This document shows positions 62,566 to 64,000 of a DNA stretch of 64,000 bases, piece after piece; within the stretch, counting starts at the first letter, position 1, and each line of letters opens with the position of its first letter. The position numbers were made by a program, and so were the translations under genes. The notes beneath the pieces are model-generated. The model made no database searches. It was not told the origin of the DNA and saw nothing but the letters and a program-made list of their open reading frames with translations. The stretch is taken from positions 150,734-214,733 of IMG/VR virus record IMGVR_UViG_3300000553_000004; one strand, written 5' to 3'.

Positions 62566-62630
62566 TGTTCGGTAGTTTAACGGAAGAACACTTAATCACA
62601 GTGATGTTGGCTCTAATCCAACTCGAACAA
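62566..62630 (+). ncRNA. tRNA-like RNA with truncated anticodon arm
   Basis: TGTTCGG/TCGAACA, D arm, 3-bp anticodon stem, GTTGG-CTCTAAT-CCAAC; own promoter at 62530. Confidence 0.5.
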
Positions 62631-62638
62631 GAATTTAT

Positions 62639-62713
62639 GGTGGGAAAGCCAAACGGTCAGGCAAGACTCTGCAAAAGTCTTTTTAGTTAGTTCGACTCTA
62701 ACTCTCACCTCCA
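62639..62713 (+). tRNA. tRNA-Cys(GCA)
   Basis: AGACT-CTGCAAA-AGTCT, U73, CCA. Confidence 0.9.
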
Positions 62714-62886
62714 GATTTTGCCGTTAGTGTAACAGACGTGAGAAAGCACAGTCGGAGTGTTATCTATAACGATTGGATGATATAGACCATCATAAAGGCT
62801 TGACAGAGAAGTAATTCGATTGTATGTTAAGCGAATAATGAGACAGAGACGGTGACATAACGGAGTTCCGTCACGGTGATTATTGT

Positions 62887-63210
62887 ATGAGTGATTCGAT
62901 TCAGAAAGACGATGAAAAGTTTAATGATTTAATCACTAAACAACATCCAACGTATGAATCATTTGCCGAATCGTTGCCATCTACAAATGACAACATTGAA
63001 AATGATGACGCCAAGTTAGAAACTTTGGTATATCTTCAAGACATAACGCAAGGGCCGAGAGAACATGATTCACTTGAAGAAAAGTATGAAGAAGAAATCA
63101 TGATTAACGAAGTCACGAAGATGCTTGATAACGATTTTAAAAGACGGTTGCAGCAAGGTGAAGACCCATTCGCCGAATTCTTTAGAAAAAAGGAAGACGA
63201 GCAATGGTGA
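62887..63210 (+). CDS. acidic hypothetical protein
   Basis: 107-aa D/E-rich ORF. Confidence 0.6.
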   Translation: MSDSIQKDDEKFNDLITKQHPTYESFAESLPSTNDNIENDDAKLETLVYLQDITQGPREHDSLEEKYEEEIMINEVTKMLDNDFKRRLQQGEDPFAEFFRKKEDEQW

Positions 63211-63605
63211 ACCAAGACGACAAGCGGTTCCTCGAATTACTGTGTAAGCAGAAAATTCACGAAAAAAGAAAGGCCGCTGTTGCCAAATACCCCGAAAGGG
63301 TATATGTTAGATGTGAAGATTTTAGAAATTGTGTGAAAAACACAATAAAAACGGTAGTTTGAAATAAAAAACAAAAAAAAGCGCAAACGCTTGACAGAAA
63401 CAAAAACTCTGATATACTTATTGACAGATGAAGACAGCATTACAAAATAATAAAGATAAGAAACACAACCCGCAGGGGTTGCCTAAGATGCTCGTATCGT
63501 CTAAAAAATCTGTGTGGCATACGTCATATAGTTATCAATTTAATGATACAAATATTGAAAGGAGCGGCGGACGCTCATAAAGTAGTAATAACAAAACTTT
63601 AAGAA

Positions 63606-63640
63606 CACCGCCCTCAAGAAAATGAGAGGCGGTTTTTCAT
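63606..63640 (+). terminator. terminator/attenuator after 50-aa leader ORF 63428-63580
   Basis: accgcc-ctca…tgag-a-ggcggt-tttt. Confidence 0.65.
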
Positions 63641-63942
63641 TTTAGAATTTAGAGTCAAGCTGGACTTAAAACGAAGTAACGGATAGCACCGTTTAAACGC
63701 TGTATAGTCGGTTGGTCGATGAACCAATTACTACACCTTACAAGGGAGTAGGTTAGACTATAAAAATCATGATATAAATCGGTGAATGCAAGTCCGTGTT
63801 TCATGACTTCAAAGAGAAAGCATTTTGTAGAAGGAAAGCCCCTAACGATGAAGGCTTGACTAATGTGGAGAGACACATAAATTTTTATGGGAAAGCCGCC
63901 CGAGCCAGGCTTGACAGTTCGGAGAGACGAACACAATTTTAT

Positions 63943-64000
63943 AGGCGGGCCGCTGGGCGGTGCCGAAACTCCAAATCTTGGCTTCGTCGGTTCAATTCCG
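63943..64000 (+). tRNA. tRNA-Trp(CCA), truncated by window end
   Basis: CT-CCA-AA loop followed by T arm gtcgg-ttcaatt-ccg. Confidence 0.7.

Noticed and set aside
1-64000. Full TAG reassignment (genetic code 15)
   Set aside because: Long genes are uninterrupted under code 11 and TAG terminates plausible genes (e.g. 56913 after the beta-barrel terminal Phe); only isolated in-frame TAGs were found

Overview
64-kb segment of a large lytic dsDNA phage genome; no structural operon or polymerase lies in the window. Prepilin-like N-termini (…AAMLLPALAKAKEKA), a CPxCxQH-type Zn ribbon and TN-rich secreted proteins suggest a Verrucomicrobiota/PVC host (inference). Positions ~1-44.2 kb form an early-type accessory region of >80 (manual count, both strands) near-identical sigma70 promoters (GCTTGAC, 16-nt spacer ending TGn, TAnnnT). 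Most fire leaderless transcripts starting at the ATG, and the -35 hexamer frequently doubles as the Ala-TGA end of the preceding gene. About a dozen of these promoters instead drive short non-coding RNAs (many starting GTGAG, in at least three sequence families), and several larger structured ncRNA candidates also occur. Positions ~45-64 kb are AT-rich and encode a Mom-like protein, LRR protein, sulfotransferase, tmRNA, Sir2, ATP-grasp, two ADP-ribosylglycohydrolases, a beta-barrel, free-standing homing endonucleases and tRNA clusters. Main oddities: (i) an amber-suppressor tRNA preceded by an amber-interrupted leader ORF, plus an amber-interrupted paralogue; (ii) several tRNA-like genes with missing, expanded or interrupted anticodon arms; (iii) a conserved ~50-aa basic ORF overlapping four homing endonuclease genes in another frame; (iv) the promoter-cassette and sRNA architecture.
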